From sequence record DRR378314_1381: a DNA stretch of 47,829 nucleotides; one strand, written 5' to 3'. Both the position numbers and the translations under genes were made by a program. The notes beneath the pieces were generated by a model. The model saw nothing but the letters and a program-made list of their open reading frames with translations. It had not been told where the DNA came from and made no database searches. Positions 27,767 through 37,647 of the stretch are shown in pieces. The stretch's first letter is position 1. Each line of letters starts with the position of its first letter.

Positions 27767-28560
27767 GAGGACTCCGCTAGTTTGTCTCGCAGCGCCATTT
27801 CGTCGGGATCGACCACAGGCACCGCACCGATCAGTTTTCTGGTGTATTCCGCTTGAGGCTGTGTAAAAATCTGTTCGGTCGTTCCGCTTTCGACAAGCCG
27901 GCCCGACTGAAACACTGCAACGCGGTCAGCGATGTTGCGTACTACGGCAAGATCATGGGTGATGAACACATAGGTCAACCCGCGTGACGCGCGCAGTTCA
28001 TTCAGCAACCGCAAAACACGCGCTTGTACAAGCACATCCAGCGCGGAAGTGGGTTCATCAAGAACCAAAAGCTCGGGCTCGCAGGCGAGTGCACGTGCAA
28101 TGCCGACACGTTGCCGCTGACCGCCAGACAACGCCGCAGGCGCACGTTTGCGCATATTGGCAGGCAGGCCGACAGCCTCAAGCGCCTGTTCAACGATCTG
28201 CCACCGATCAGCGCGCGCGCCGATCCCGTAGGTATCCAAACCCAATCGCACAGACGCCCCAACCGACCTTTTGGGATTGAGGGAAGACAACGGGTTTTGC
28301 TGGACCAGTTGAATGTGGCGACGTTGATCCGGTGTGCGTTTTGGCGACAGCACGGTGTCGTTGAACAACACATTTCCGCTGGTCTGCGCCAGAATACCAA
28401 GGATCATATTGGCGAGGGTCGTTTTCCCGGACCCGCTTTCGCCGACAATGGCAAGACATTCGCCCTGCGTCACCTCTAGCGATACATCGCGCACCGCATG
28501 TATCTTTCCGGCAGGGCTGTCGAAGGTCTTGATCAAGTTCTCGAGAGACAAAAGGCTCAT
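27763..28560 (-). CDS. Peptide/nickel ABC transporter ATP-binding protein (DppF-like)
   Basis: GESGSGKT, LSGGQRQRV, LDEPTSALD. Confidence 0.95.
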   Translation of the reverse strand: MSLLSLENLIKTFDSPAGKIHAVRDVSLEVTQGECLAIVGESGSGKTTLANMILGILAQTSGNVLFNDTVLSPKRTPDQRRHIQLVQQNPLSSLNPKRSVGASVRLGLDTYGIGARADRWQIVEQALEAVGLPANMRKRAPAALSGGQRQRVGIARALACEPELLVLDEPTSALDVLVQARVLRLLNELRASRGLTYVFITHDLAVVRNIADRVAVFQSGRLVESGTTEQIFTQPQAEYTRKLIGAVPVVDPDEMALRDKLAESS

Positions 28561-29426
28561 GCTACGCCCCCGTGACTGATCTGAGGAGCGAAGAAGTCTT
28601 CGCTGACTTCTGGCACTTCCGGCAGTCCTGCGCCCGTGATGCGCGGAACCGCTGACATAAGGGCGCGCGTGTAAGCATGGCGCGGATCTGAAAAAAGCGC
28701 CTGCGTCGGCCCGTCCTCGACAATATTTCCGCGGTAAATCACGTAAACCCGATCGGCGAATTCGCGCACCACACCTAGATTGTGCGAGATGAACAGCACT
28801 GCCGTGCCATGATCCGCAACCAGATTGCGCATCAGCGTTAACGTCTGGGCCTGAACGGACACGTCCAAAGCGGTGCCCGGCTCATCCGCCAAAAGCAGTT
28901 TCGGACGATTGGCTAGTGCCATCGCTATCATGACCCGTTGGTTCATGCCGCCGGACAATTGAAACGCGTAGGCATTCAAAACCCGGTTCGGATCGGGGAT
29001 CGAAACCTCGCCCAACATCTTCGTGGCTCTCTCTTGGCACGCATCTGCACCCATGGATGGGTCACGCCTTCGCAAAACCTCGGTGAACTGTCGCCCGATT
29101 GTAAATGCCGGGTTCAGGGATGACGTCGGGTCCTGAAAAATCATCGACATATCTGTCCCTCTAAGTGCTGCACGCGCTTTGGGGTTCATGGCTGAGATGT
29201 CGTTCCCATCGAACTTGACCGCGCCCGAAATTCGCGCCGACCGAGTTTCTTGTAAAAGGCCCAATACGATCCGCGCGGTGACCGACTTGCCCGATCCGCT
29301 TTCACCGACAAGCGCCACACGCTCGCCCTGCGCGATGTTCAGGGAAATGCCGTGCAACACGTTGTTGATACCGGACAGCCCTTTGAACCCCAGATGCAGG
29401 TCACTGATGCTTAGCAGAGCGCTCAT
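28557..29426 (-). CDS. Peptide/nickel ABC transporter ATP-binding protein (DppD-like)
   Basis: GESGSGKS, MIFQDP, LSGGMNQRV, ADEPGTALD. Confidence 0.95.
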   Translation of the reverse strand: MSALLSISDLHLGFKGLSGINNVLHGISLNIAQGERVALVGESGSGKSVTARIVLGLLQETRSARISGAVKFDGNDISAMNPKARAALRGTDMSMIFQDPTSSLNPAFTIGRQFTEVLRRRDPSMGADACQERATKMLGEVSIPDPNRVLNAYAFQLSGGMNQRVMIAMALANRPKLLLADEPGTALDVSVQAQTLTLMRNLVADHGTAVLFISHNLGVVREFADRVYVIYRGNIVEDGPTQALFSDPRHAYTRALMSAVPRITGAGLPEVPEVSEDFFAPQISHGGVA

Positions 29427-30256
29427 TCGTCTACCCCCAGAACTTCACGTAGGCCGTCGCCCATCAGGTTGAACCCGAAGACTGCAATCAGAATTGCGAG
29501 GCCGGGGAAAACGGTCAGCCACCAGCTGTCTGGAAGATAGCGCGCACCCTCGGCGACCATTGATCCAAGATCCGGCGTCGGTGGCTGCACCCCAAGCCCA
29601 AGGAAAGACAGGGACGAGGCGATGATGATCACAAAGCCCATATCCAGAGTCATTTTGGTGATAATCGCTGGTAAGCAGTTAGGAAGAATTTCGCGAAAGG
29701 CGATATGGGCCGTACCCGCGCCGATCACCTCGGCAGCTAACACATAGCCTTCTTCGCGCTCTGACCGGGCAATCGCGTAGACCAGCCGCGCATACCAGGG
29801 CCACCACATGACCGTCACGGCGAGCATGGCGTTTGTCAGTGTCGGCTCCAGCACACCCATCATCGCGATGGCCAAAACCAGCGGTGGGATAGACAGGAAC
29901 ACATCGACAATGCGCATCAGAATTGCCTCGGCCCAACCGCCAAGATAACCCGCCAGCAGGCCGAAGATCGTACCGACCGGGGCGGCGATGGCCAGGACAA
30001 CCACGCCCAGCACTAGCGAAATCTGATAGGCGTATAGAATTCGACTGAAGAGATCGCGCCCAACCAGATCAGTGCCCATCCAATTGCGCGCGGATGGGGG
30101 CTTGTTTGCAAAGGCAAAATCCACAACCGCACCGTTATGGGTGGGAAATGGTGCAATCCAGGGGGCGAAGATGGCGGCAAACACGACCAAAGCGACAAGG
30201 ATCACACCCACCAGTGACAATGGGTTGGCTGCCAGTATTCGGATTGCGCGGATCAT
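29423..30256 (-). CDS. Peptide ABC transporter permease (DppC-like)
   Basis: MGTDLVGRDLFSR, YVLAAEVIGA, LSFLGLGVQPPTPDLG. Confidence 0.95.
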   Translation of the reverse strand: MIRAIRILAANPLSLVGVILVALVVFAAIFAPWIAPFPTHNGAVVDFAFANKPPSARNWMGTDLVGRDLFSRILYAYQISLVLGVVVLAIAAPVGTIFGLLAGYLGGWAEAILMRIVDVFLSIPPLVLAIAMMGVLEPTLTNAMLAVTVMWWPWYARLVYAIARSEREEGYVLAAEVIGAGTAHIAFREILPNCLPAIITKMTLDMGFVIIIASSLSFLGLGVQPPTPDLGSMVAEGARYLPDSWWLTVFPGLAILIAVFGFNLMGDGLREVLGVDE

Positions 30257-31281
30257 CAGGTTGCCCTCGTGGAATGGCGGATGCGCGGATTAAGAAACGC
30301 GATCAGTAGATCGACGATGACGTTCACAATGAGGAACGTCAGCGCGATGATCAAAACGGTGCCCATGATGGCGTTGAGATCCTTACGTAAGATCACCGCT
30401 ACGCCATAGCGGCTCAGCCCTGGCCAAGCGAAGACTGCCTCTACCAGAAAGGCGTTGCCCAACATGGCCGCAAAATCGAGGCCAATGATCGTCAATGATG
30501 GGATCAGCGAAGGTTTAAACGCATAAATGCGCGCAATACGAGAAGGAAAGAACCCGTAGGCCTGTGCCATCTCGATGTAGGGTTTATCGTAGGTCTCTAC
30601 CATATTGGCGCGGGTAAGTCGGGCCGCTTGACCTATCCCCGACAGTGCAAGCGCCACGGCGGGCAGGATCAGATGGCGAATGGCGTCACCAAACGCCGCG
30701 ATATTCCCGGCCAGCAGCGTGTCGATCAGAAGGAAACCGGTATGCCGGTCGATGTCATAGATGTCCGAAATACGACCTGCGATGGGAAAGATCGGCAGAT
30801 AGAATGCAAAGAGAAGCATCAGGATTACCGCCCAGACGAAACTGGGTGCTGACACCGTCAGCAACGAGAAAATTCGTATCAGATGATCAGGCCAGCGGCC
30901 ACGATAGCGCGCAGCAAGTATTCCCAGTGGCAGGCCCAAGGCGACCATGATGATGCCGGCAATCAAAACCAGTTCAAGCGTTGCGGGCAAGAATTGCGCG
31001 ATGTCCAGTGTCACGGGACGATTGGTATAGAGCGAGGTGCCCAAATCACCGCGGCTTACATCTGCCAAGAAATGCCCGTATTGCAACACGAGCGGTTCAT
31101 CGAGGTGCATTTCCGCCCGCAGATTTGCAACCTGCTCGGGCGTGGCATTGGGGCCAAGCGCGATGCGCGCCGGATCGCCGGGAATAACTCGGGCAATGGT
31201 AAAGATCAGCATGGAAACCCCGATGAGGACAATCAAAGAGATACCAAGCCGTCTAAGAAGAAGGCGGAGGACAGGGGACAT
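30256..31281 (-). CDS. Peptide ABC transporter permease (DppB-like)
   Basis: IPGDPA, GDLGTSL, LPATLEL, VEAVFAWPG. Confidence 0.95.
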   Translation of the reverse strand: MSPVLRLLLRRLGISLIVLIGVSMLIFTIARVIPGDPARIALGPNATPEQVANLRAEMHLDEPLVLQYGHFLADVSRGDLGTSLYTNRPVTLDIAQFLPATLELVLIAGIIMVALGLPLGILAARYRGRWPDHLIRIFSLLTVSAPSFVWAVILMLLFAFYLPIFPIAGRISDIYDIDRHTGFLLIDTLLAGNIAAFGDAIRHLILPAVALALSGIGQAARLTRANMVETYDKPYIEMAQAYGFFPSRIARIYAFKPSLIPSLTIIGLDFAAMLGNAFLVEAVFAWPGLSRYGVAVILRKDLNAIMGTVLIIALTFLIVNVIVDLLIAFLNPRIRHSTRAT

Positions 31282-31299
31282 TTATTTGCTCTGGAAAAG

Positions 31300-31325
31300 G
31301 CCGGGCACCTGCGTAGGCGCCCGGC
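31300..31325 (-). terminator. Intercistronic hairpin after the SBP gene
   Basis: Minus strand GCCGGGCGCCT-ACGC-AGGTGCCCGGC followed by CTTTT. Confidence 0.6.
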
Positions 31326-31339
31326 AGTTCAGGGAGGTA

Positions 31340-32908
31340 CTATTCTTCAACCATTTCCATCAGACGGAAGCTGAAGCCCATTCCATCCAGACCGAAGGCC
31401 TGCGAAGGATCGCTGAGCGCCGGAGCCTTGACCCGGTTCGATGCCGCGAAGACCGACTGACGATCATATCCATAGATCGTCGGTGCGATTTCCATGAGCC
31501 GTGCATTAAGCCCAGAATACGCAGCCTCGCGCTCTTCATCCGTTGAAGCGCTACGCCCTGCATCGAGGAACGCGTCAACCTGGCTGTCATTCAGGTACTC
31601 GGGCGATTGCCATGTGCCCGGTGTGGATGAGTGATACATGCCATAAAGCAGTGTATCCGGGTCACCGGTGACGGCGTTTACAAAGATCTGGCTGACATGC
31701 GGAGTGTTTTCGGGTTTGGACACTTGTTCAGCAAACAGCGCCCAGGGAAGTTTCTTAATTTCGGATTGTACGCCCAATTGCGATAGATTCGACTGGAATA
31801 GCAGCGCAAAACGCTCTTCCAGCGGAACCTCGGCAATCCAGGATACTTCGATATTCATATCGGCAGGATCATAGGCGCAGGCTGAAAGATACTCTGCCGC
31901 CTTTTCGAGATTTTGCGCTTGAACGTTGTCAGGCCCGTTTGCCCCGAACATACCCACCGGGATTGCGCCGGTCGCAGCACTGCCAGAGGAGACATCATCG
32001 GTGATGGCAACCATCTGAATGGCAGTCTGGTAGTCGAATGCGTGAGCCAATGCCAGGCGGCAGTTCACGTCATCCAGTGGAGGCTTGGTGGTGTTCATCT
32101 TCAGATAAAAGGCACCGGTTCCGGTTTCACTGAACAACTGCGCACCATCGTTGGCGAGGGCTGTCATGACCTCGGGCGGTAGCCATTGGCTTGAAATGTC
32201 ATGTTCACCCTGTGCGATCAGGGTGCGGACGGTCGCGGCCTCAAGACCATACCTCAGACGCACCGTGTCAGGCGCAACATCGGAAACGCCAAGGAAATAG
32301 CCATCATTCTTGGCCATAACCGTTTCTTCCTGTGGGTTGTGGGAGGTTACGGTGTAGGCACCCGTTCCTGCGCCATTGGCGCTGAGGAAAGCCTCGCCCC
32401 ATTCGTCATCACCCTTTTTTGCTTCTACCAGCGCCTTGTCGACGATTGGCAAACGGTCAAGTGAGGCAACAAACGGGGCGTATGGCTGTTCAAGCGAGAA
32501 GACGACTATATGTTCATCGACCGCTTCGGCGCTTACTCCGGCCAAAAGATAAGAAAGACCTGAACCCAGTGCCTGACTGCGTTCCAGTGAATAGACAACG
32601 TCTTCGGCGCGCAGTGGATTGCCAGACTGGAAGGTCACATCATCGCGAAGATTGAACGTGTAGGTCGAGCCATCCACCGACCAGTCGCTGGCAAGATGTG
32701 GCACATGCCCCGGTCCACCCTGTTGCGGCAGGACCAGGGTGTCATAGACGTTGAACATCAAGATCGAGTCCGCATAGTCCGATGCCTTGGCTGGATCGAG
32801 TTCACCGACCGCAACTTCATCAAGCCGCAAAACAGTCTCTGCAAAGGCTGGTGAACTGAGGGCTGTCGCGGCGCACAGAGCCGCAGCAAGCAAGGATTTC
32901 CGCTTCAC
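31340..32908 (-). CDS. ABC substrate-binding protein, family 5 (DppA/DdpA-like)
   Basis: Signal peptide, LDPA, NVYDTLV, YTFNLRDDVTFQSGNPL, GTGAY. Confidence 0.93.
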   Translation of the reverse strand: MKRKSLLAAALCAATALSSPAFAETVLRLDEVAVGELDPAKASDYADSILMFNVYDTLVLPQQGGPGHVPHLASDWSVDGSTYTFNLRDDVTFQSGNPLRAEDVVYSLERSQALGSGLSYLLAGVSAEAVDEHIVVFSLEQPYAPFVASLDRLPIVDKALVEAKKGDDEWGEAFLSANGAGTGAYTVTSHNPQEETVMAKNDGYFLGVSDVAPDTVRLRYGLEAATVRTLIAQGEHDISSQWLPPEVMTALANDGAQLFSETGTGAFYLKMNTTKPPLDDVNCRLALAHAFDYQTAIQMVAITDDVSSGSAATGAIPVGMFGANGPDNVQAQNLEKAAEYLSACAYDPADMNIEVSWIAEVPLEERFALLFQSNLSQLGVQSEIKKLPWALFAEQVSKPENTPHVSQIFVNAVTGDPDTLLYGMYHSSTPGTWQSPEYLNDSQVDAFLDAGRSASTDEEREAAYSGLNARLMEIAPTIYGYDRQSVFAASNRVKAPALSDPSQAFGLDGMGFSFRLMEMVEE

Positions 32909-33552
32909 TTATTCTCTCCCTTTGATTTGTTATTATTTCCTCCGCCAAGCGAAGAAATCTTGTGAATTGGGGACGGCGCGTCGCCAAAAACATCCATGGT
33001 TCCGCACCACAGGATCGACGCTGTCACAATGCCGTGGTTCCATGTCGAATGAACGCGTGTGCTGTCAAAGTGGATCGTGTCTCCCTTTCGCAGCACTTCC
33101 TTGTCGCCTTCGATTTCCACGGTAATTTCGCCTTCGAGGATGAAAAACATTTCCTCACCCTTGTGACTGATTGGCTCACTCCGATGGCCGGGTGGTTCAT
33201 GCAAAACGACGGAGTGCAATTGCGATCCTGTGAAGGTCGACGAAACGCGCTCGTAGGACGCCGCAGCACCTGGAACCGAATACACTTCGCGCCCTTTGCT
33301 GCGCGTCATATCTCCTGCATCGGGCTGTACAAGGAACGACCCGCGCGGCATTTCTAGAATTTCTGTGATGCCTGCAAGAGACGCAAGAGAAGGTGCGGAC
33401 AGCCCTCGTTCGATCTGGCTTATAAAGCCGACCGACAGACCTGCTGCGTTTGCGACGGCCTGCATCGTCAATCCCATTTTTTTTCGGCGAGCGCGAATGG
33501 CAAGTCCGAGTTCTAGAGCTTGGTCGTTTTCGGCGAGTGATTTTTTTAACAT
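32905..33552 (-). CDS. XRE family regulator with cupin domain
   Basis: IRARRKKMGLTMQAVA..LSVGFISQIERG HTH; HKGEEMFFILEG..GDTIHFDSTRVH cupin. Confidence 0.92.
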   Translation of the reverse strand: MLKKSLAENDQALELGLAIRARRKKMGLTMQAVANAAGLSVGFISQIERGLSAPSLASLAGITEILEMPRGSFLVQPDAGDMTRSKGREVYSVPGAAASYERVSSTFTGSQLHSVVLHEPPGHRSEPISHKGEEMFFILEGEITVEIEGDKEVLRKGDTIHFDSTRVHSTWNHGIVTASILWCGTMDVFGDAPSPIHKISSLGGGNNNKSKGENK

Positions 33553-33613
33553 GACTAAAATACTACACACGCTGATGCGATCGCGTCAATATAATTTTAG
33601 TATGGGTAAAATT
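33544..33613. promoter_or_regulatory. Candidate XRE-cupin operators TTTTA-N7-TAAAA
   Basis: Copies at 33544-33560 and AATTTTA-N7-TAAAATT at 33593-33613 in the AT-rich operon leader. Confidence 0.5.
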
Positions 33614-33859
33614 TTGTCATGCCTTGTTTTTAGTTCAAGTTAAAATATTTGACTTTTTTGTACATTTTCAATGGCATAACAACCCAAGGCTTCCCAATTG
33701 CGCAATGCTACGTATAGGTGCTTAGGCCATTTTGCATTCAATTTCCTGAACTGGTGATAAAACTTACGGTTGTTCTGAAACCCCAAGAACAGCCCATGGG
33801 TCTCTGATTTATGGTAGGGTGCTCGCCAATCCAGTTGGTCGATAGCTGTTGCGGATAAA

Positions 33860-34260
33860 GTGAACGGCTGCAAAGTCCGCAACCTGTGAATTGATCACTT
33901 GGAAAAATGCTGCGCTAGGCACTAACGGCCGATCAGACTGCCGCTCTGCATCAAGAAATTTTCGCTTGCGCAGAAATCTTAGCGCTGCGAGCGGATGCAG
34001 CGGAAAAATCAAAGGAACAGATAGGACTCGCTCCTGTCTTTCTCTGCGCTATTGATGAGCGGCTGGTCGCAGCCCAAACTTGCCGTTCAATTGTGACGCG
34101 CCGCTCTGAATGCTGCATGTGCGAGGATTTCCAACCATTCCAGCGAAAGCGGACCTTCAACCGGTCCCGAGTACTCTTGCTGATGCTGCAAGCTGCACCA
34201 GAGGCAGCGAAGCGCAGAAAGTAGACTTTGCAAAGTCGAGCGCACTGCCGTTCACAAACG
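33860..34260. repeat. Cluster of module-boundary repeat elements
   Basis: AAAATGCTGCG 33904-33914 (reverse complement of 18943-18953), AAGCGGACCTTC 34147-34158, GCGCAGAAAGTAGACTTTGCAAAG 34212-34235. Confidence 0.65.
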
Positions 34261-34285
34261 CTAGAAAATCGAATTCGATGCCGCG

Positions 34286-36136
34286 TTACTCGGGCAGCCC
34301 TGCCGCGCGTAACCCATCTTGAAAGCGGCTTTGTCCAATTGGGTCAGTAATCTGAATAAAGCTCGTGGAAATGCTTGCATCAGGCATCCGCTCCAAGATT
34401 GCTGCCACCACCAATGCGGCCTTTTCGGCTTCTCCAAGTTGACCATAGGCGGCTGCACGCCACCACAGGTTCCCGATGAAACGCGGGTTCTTGCCGCGAG
34501 ATATCTCTAGATGCTCCAGCGCTTCTTCATATCGACCTTGAAGGTAAATTGCTTGCCCCAACAACTGGTCCGCCAGCCAACTGTGAAATGGATTCAAGCG
34601 AACGGAAAGGCTAAGCAATTCTTCGGCCTCTGCTCCGCGACCCAGAAAGATCAATGCCAGCGCCGACCGGGTTAGCAGGTGCGGATGCGCCGGTTCGAGT
34701 TCCATCGCGCGCCTGAACTCTACAAGGGCACCTTCGTAGTCGCGCAGGTTCAGTAATGCTTGCGCCAAGACCTGGCGTGAATACCAATCGTTGGGTTCAA
34801 GGCGCACGACTTCCTTCCCAATTTCAAGCCCGTTCTCAAGCGCAATTTTTGGGTCTTTTGCGATACGAAAGTACCCGGTTTGTGTCTCGACGAAGCCCAA
34901 CAGCGCTTTGGCTCGAACAAAGTTTGGATCTAAAGCGAGCGCTTCACTGGCCAAGGCGCGCGCTCTGCTGAACGAGGCGGGTGTGTTCACCCAACTTGCC
35001 TCGTCCGCGCGCGCCCACAACAAAAAGGCTTCTGGGTTCTCCGTAAAGCGGTGCCGGTCCTGCACGCGTTCAAGATCTTCGGAAAATTGCTGAGCCAATT
35101 CTGTCACAAGCGCATCCTGGAGTTCAAAGACGTCCTCGGATGCTCGTTCTATGCGGCCACTCCACATTATTCGCCCGGACAACGTATCGATCAGTTCGAC
35201 GTCGACGCGCATTTGATCGCCTGATCGTCTCAGCGAACCGCGCACAACGTGAGCAACGCCCAATTCTTCTGCTACGGTCGCGGGGCTAGCGTTCTGGTCG
35301 CGGTATCGCTCTGTCGAACTGCTCGCAATCACGAACAGTCCGTTAACCTGTGCGAGAGTACGGGTCAAATCCTCACTCACCGCTTTTGCCAGCAGGGTGT
35401 CTTCTTCGGCACTGGTCAGTGTCTGAAAGGGAAGGACTGCAACGGATGGTTTGTCAGGAAGTTCGAGTTGCATCCTTTCAAGTGCCGCTGCTTCCACCTC
35501 GCCGTGCCGCAAACGGTCCCAAGCGGTCAAGCCTAAGGTGAGCAGAGCCAACAAAACAAAACCTGCTGATACTGGCTTCAATAAACGCCATTTGCTTGTG
35601 CCTAGTGCAGGAGGCCGAGAGTCTGTGCTGGACTCCACAACGTTAAAAACACGAACCGGGCGGGCGATATTTTTTACTTGGATTTCTCCAAGATCTTGCA
35701 GCGTGACATCCAGCTTGTCCCGGATTTGATCGCGTGCCGAGCGTGAGATTGCTATACCGCCGGGCTCGGCCAAGGCCTCAATCCTGGCAGCAACGTTGAT
35801 ACCATCTCCGTGAAGGTCATCCCCCTCGACTATGACGTCACCCAGATTAATTCCGATTCTGAACGTAAGCTCACTATGGTTGGAAAAGTTCTTTTGAATT
35901 GACGCTGCGCATTCGACGGCCTCGACGACAGAGGCAAACTCGGCCAGATAACCGTCCCCCATAGTTTTGAACAAACGTCCGCGATGCCGTTCGAGAGCAG
36001 GGGCTATGATTTCATCAAACGCTGCGTTCAAAAGCGCTCTTGTGCCGGTCTCGTCGTGCTCAATCAGCGAGGAATACCCGACTACGTCGGCCGCGAGTAT
36101 CGCGGCAAGCCGACGCTCTACTCGGTCCTCAGTCAT
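34286..36136 (-). CDS. Class III adenylate/guanylate cyclase with TolB-like and TPR domains
   Basis: RRLAAILAADVVGYS, KTMGDG, FRIGINLGDV..GDGINVAARIE, TM, PSVAVLPF, TPR repeats. Confidence 0.93.
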   Translation of the reverse strand: MTEDRVERRLAAILAADVVGYSSLIEHDETGTRALLNAAFDEIIAPALERHRGRLFKTMGDGYLAEFASVVEAVECAASIQKNFSNHSELTFRIGINLGDVIVEGDDLHGDGINVAARIEALAEPGGIAISRSARDQIRDKLDVTLQDLGEIQVKNIARPVRVFNVVESSTDSRPPALGTSKWRLLKPVSAGFVLLALLTLGLTAWDRLRHGEVEAAALERMQLELPDKPSVAVLPFQTLTSAEEDTLLAKAVSEDLTRTLAQVNGLFVIASSSTERYRDQNASPATVAEELGVAHVVRGSLRRSGDQMRVDVELIDTLSGRIMWSGRIERASEDVFELQDALVTELAQQFSEDLERVQDRHRFTENPEAFLLWARADEASWVNTPASFSRARALASEALALDPNFVRAKALLGFVETQTGYFRIAKDPKIALENGLEIGKEVVRLEPNDWYSRQVLAQALLNLRDYEGALVEFRRAMELEPAHPHLLTRSALALIFLGRGAEAEELLSLSVRLNPFHSWLADQLLGQAIYLQGRYEEALEHLEISRGKNPRFIGNLWWRAAAYGQLGEAEKAALVVAAILERMPDASISTSFIQITDPIGQSRFQDGLRAAGLPE

Positions 36137-36309
36137 AAATGTCGCCCAATTCGGCCATACCTAATAATTGCCGAATATCGACTGGAATGCACGTCTATCC
36201 TTTAAGTTGCCTGCACAAAATTAAAACTGAGCTATGAACTCCGAAAAAACTATCTTTTGTTTCAATCAACTTGTTCGTCTTTGAGTTGAGACTGTGATTG
36301 TTAACACCC

Positions 36310-36476
36310 TTGCAGCGAACGATAGGCGTGACTTTCAATGTCCGGTTCGGGCTGGCTCTAGCCGGTCACGGTTGGCCAAGAGCAGTGTTGTGACGGGCAG
36401 GCAGGCGCTGCGATACCGCAAGGCGGCTGCGAGCCCTTTTTGCAAAGTTTACCGCAGCGTGGCGAAGGTCCGCTTC
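36310..36476. repeat. Module-boundary repeat elements between cyclase and GNAT-methyltransferase genes
   Basis: AATGTCCGGTTCGGG 36337, TTTGCAAAGT ~36439, GAAGGTCCGCTT 36464-36475 (exact inverse of 34147-34158). Confidence 0.6.
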
Positions 36477-36482
36477 ACCAAG

Positions 36483-37547
36483 TCAGGCTTCAGTATCTGA
36501 TCCATGTTCGCGACCAGACTGCCGAACGAACAGTGCTTCTGGTTTGTCCAGCGCCATCTCCCAAGCGTCGGCACTCGAAGTGATGACCTCCTTGAACCCT
36601 TGCATGTTCTCAGGCTCGTCCGAGATCAAAACCCAACCACCGTCTGACACGCGACCAATCAATCGCTCCAGCACGATCAATCGATCTTTCTCAGAGAGCA
36701 TGTGCAACGTACGGTCCAGAAGAAGCACATCGAATTCCCCATCGGGAACGAAAGTCCTGATGTCAGAAACGACGCCCTCAATGCTGAGGTTTTCGCGGTG
36801 TGCTGCTTCGTTCAAATCACGAATGCCATTAGGCGAGAGATCGACTCCGACAATTCGGTGCCCAAGTCGCCCGATAAATATTGCGTCGCGACCCTGGCCG
36901 CAGCCAATGTCCAATACACGCAGAGGATTCCCTGCATGTTGCTTGAAGAAATCGACAAAGAGTTGTGTTGGCTCCCCAAGTGCCTGAGGTGTCGATCCAT
37001 AGAGTTTGTCGAAGTTGTACGGGATATACAGACCAAACATCTCTGTCGTCGCGTCTGACAAGTCTTCCACCAACTCAAATCCGTTTTTTTGCAAAACCCT
37101 GGAGGACGCAGTATTGCCGTTTTCCACACCGCCAAATAATTGCACCGATTGGCCTTCGCCCTTGCACCAAGTGACCAGGCCCGCGATCAGCTCGGTCGCG
37201 TACCCCTTTCCCCAAGCCTCTTCAGAAAACAGATACCCTAAATGAACCGTTGTAAGGAATTCGGAGTCGACAAACTCGGCCAGGATCAAGAGGCCAAGCA
37301 ATCTATCGCTGGCGCGATCACGAACCAGCATCACGTTGCATTCAGCGGCGCGTGATGTGATCCATTCGTCAATCGCTGGATGTGTCTCTGACATCTGCAA
37401 TGGTTCAGGCAGGTGTCGTAAAACAAAGGGGGTTAAGACGTCCTTGAGTTCCTCAACTAGGGCGCTCCGTTGGTCGTTGCTGTTTATGGTCTCAGACCAA
37501 CTCTCGGCCTGCATCCTTACGGTTTCAATTCTTTTGGCTTGTGTCAT
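36483..37547 (-). CDS. GNAT (RimJ/RimL-type) acetyltransferase fused to class I SAM methyltransferase
   Basis: LGYLFSEEAWGKGYATE..NTASSRVLQKNGF followed in frame by VLDIGCGQGRD..GVDLS..FDVLLLDRTLHML. Confidence 0.85.
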   Translation of the reverse strand: MTQAKRIETVRMQAESWSETINSNDQRSALVEELKDVLTPFVLRHLPEPLQMSETHPAIDEWITSRAAECNVMLVRDRASDRLLGLLILAEFVDSEFLTTVHLGYLFSEEAWGKGYATELIAGLVTWCKGEGQSVQLFGGVENGNTASSRVLQKNGFELVEDLSDATTEMFGLYIPYNFDKLYGSTPQALGEPTQLFVDFFKQHAGNPLRVLDIGCGQGRDAIFIGRLGHRIVGVDLSPNGIRDLNEAAHRENLSIEGVVSDIRTFVPDGEFDVLLLDRTLHMLSEKDRLIVLERLIGRVSDGGWVLISDEPENMQGFKEVITSSADAWEMALDKPEALFVRQSGREHGSDTEA

Positions 37548-37614
37548 AGCATCTGCCCCGGTGTCTTGGATCGCAAAGTCTCGGAAAGTGTCTTGACAAT
37601 GCGCACGCATAGGT

Positions 37615-37633
37615 TAGTTAGTTTAACTGACTA
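37615..37633. promoter_or_regulatory. MarR operator candidate 1
   Basis: TAGTTAG-N5-CTGACTA, downstream of TTGACA (37593) and just upstream of marR. Confidence 0.6.
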
Positions 37634-37647
37634 TATAGGGTGCTTCT

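Noticed and set aside
33640-33882. 80-aa ORF in AT-rich DNA upstream of the catabolic operon
   Set aside because: It starts inside repeat sequence, with no RBS or recognisable motif.
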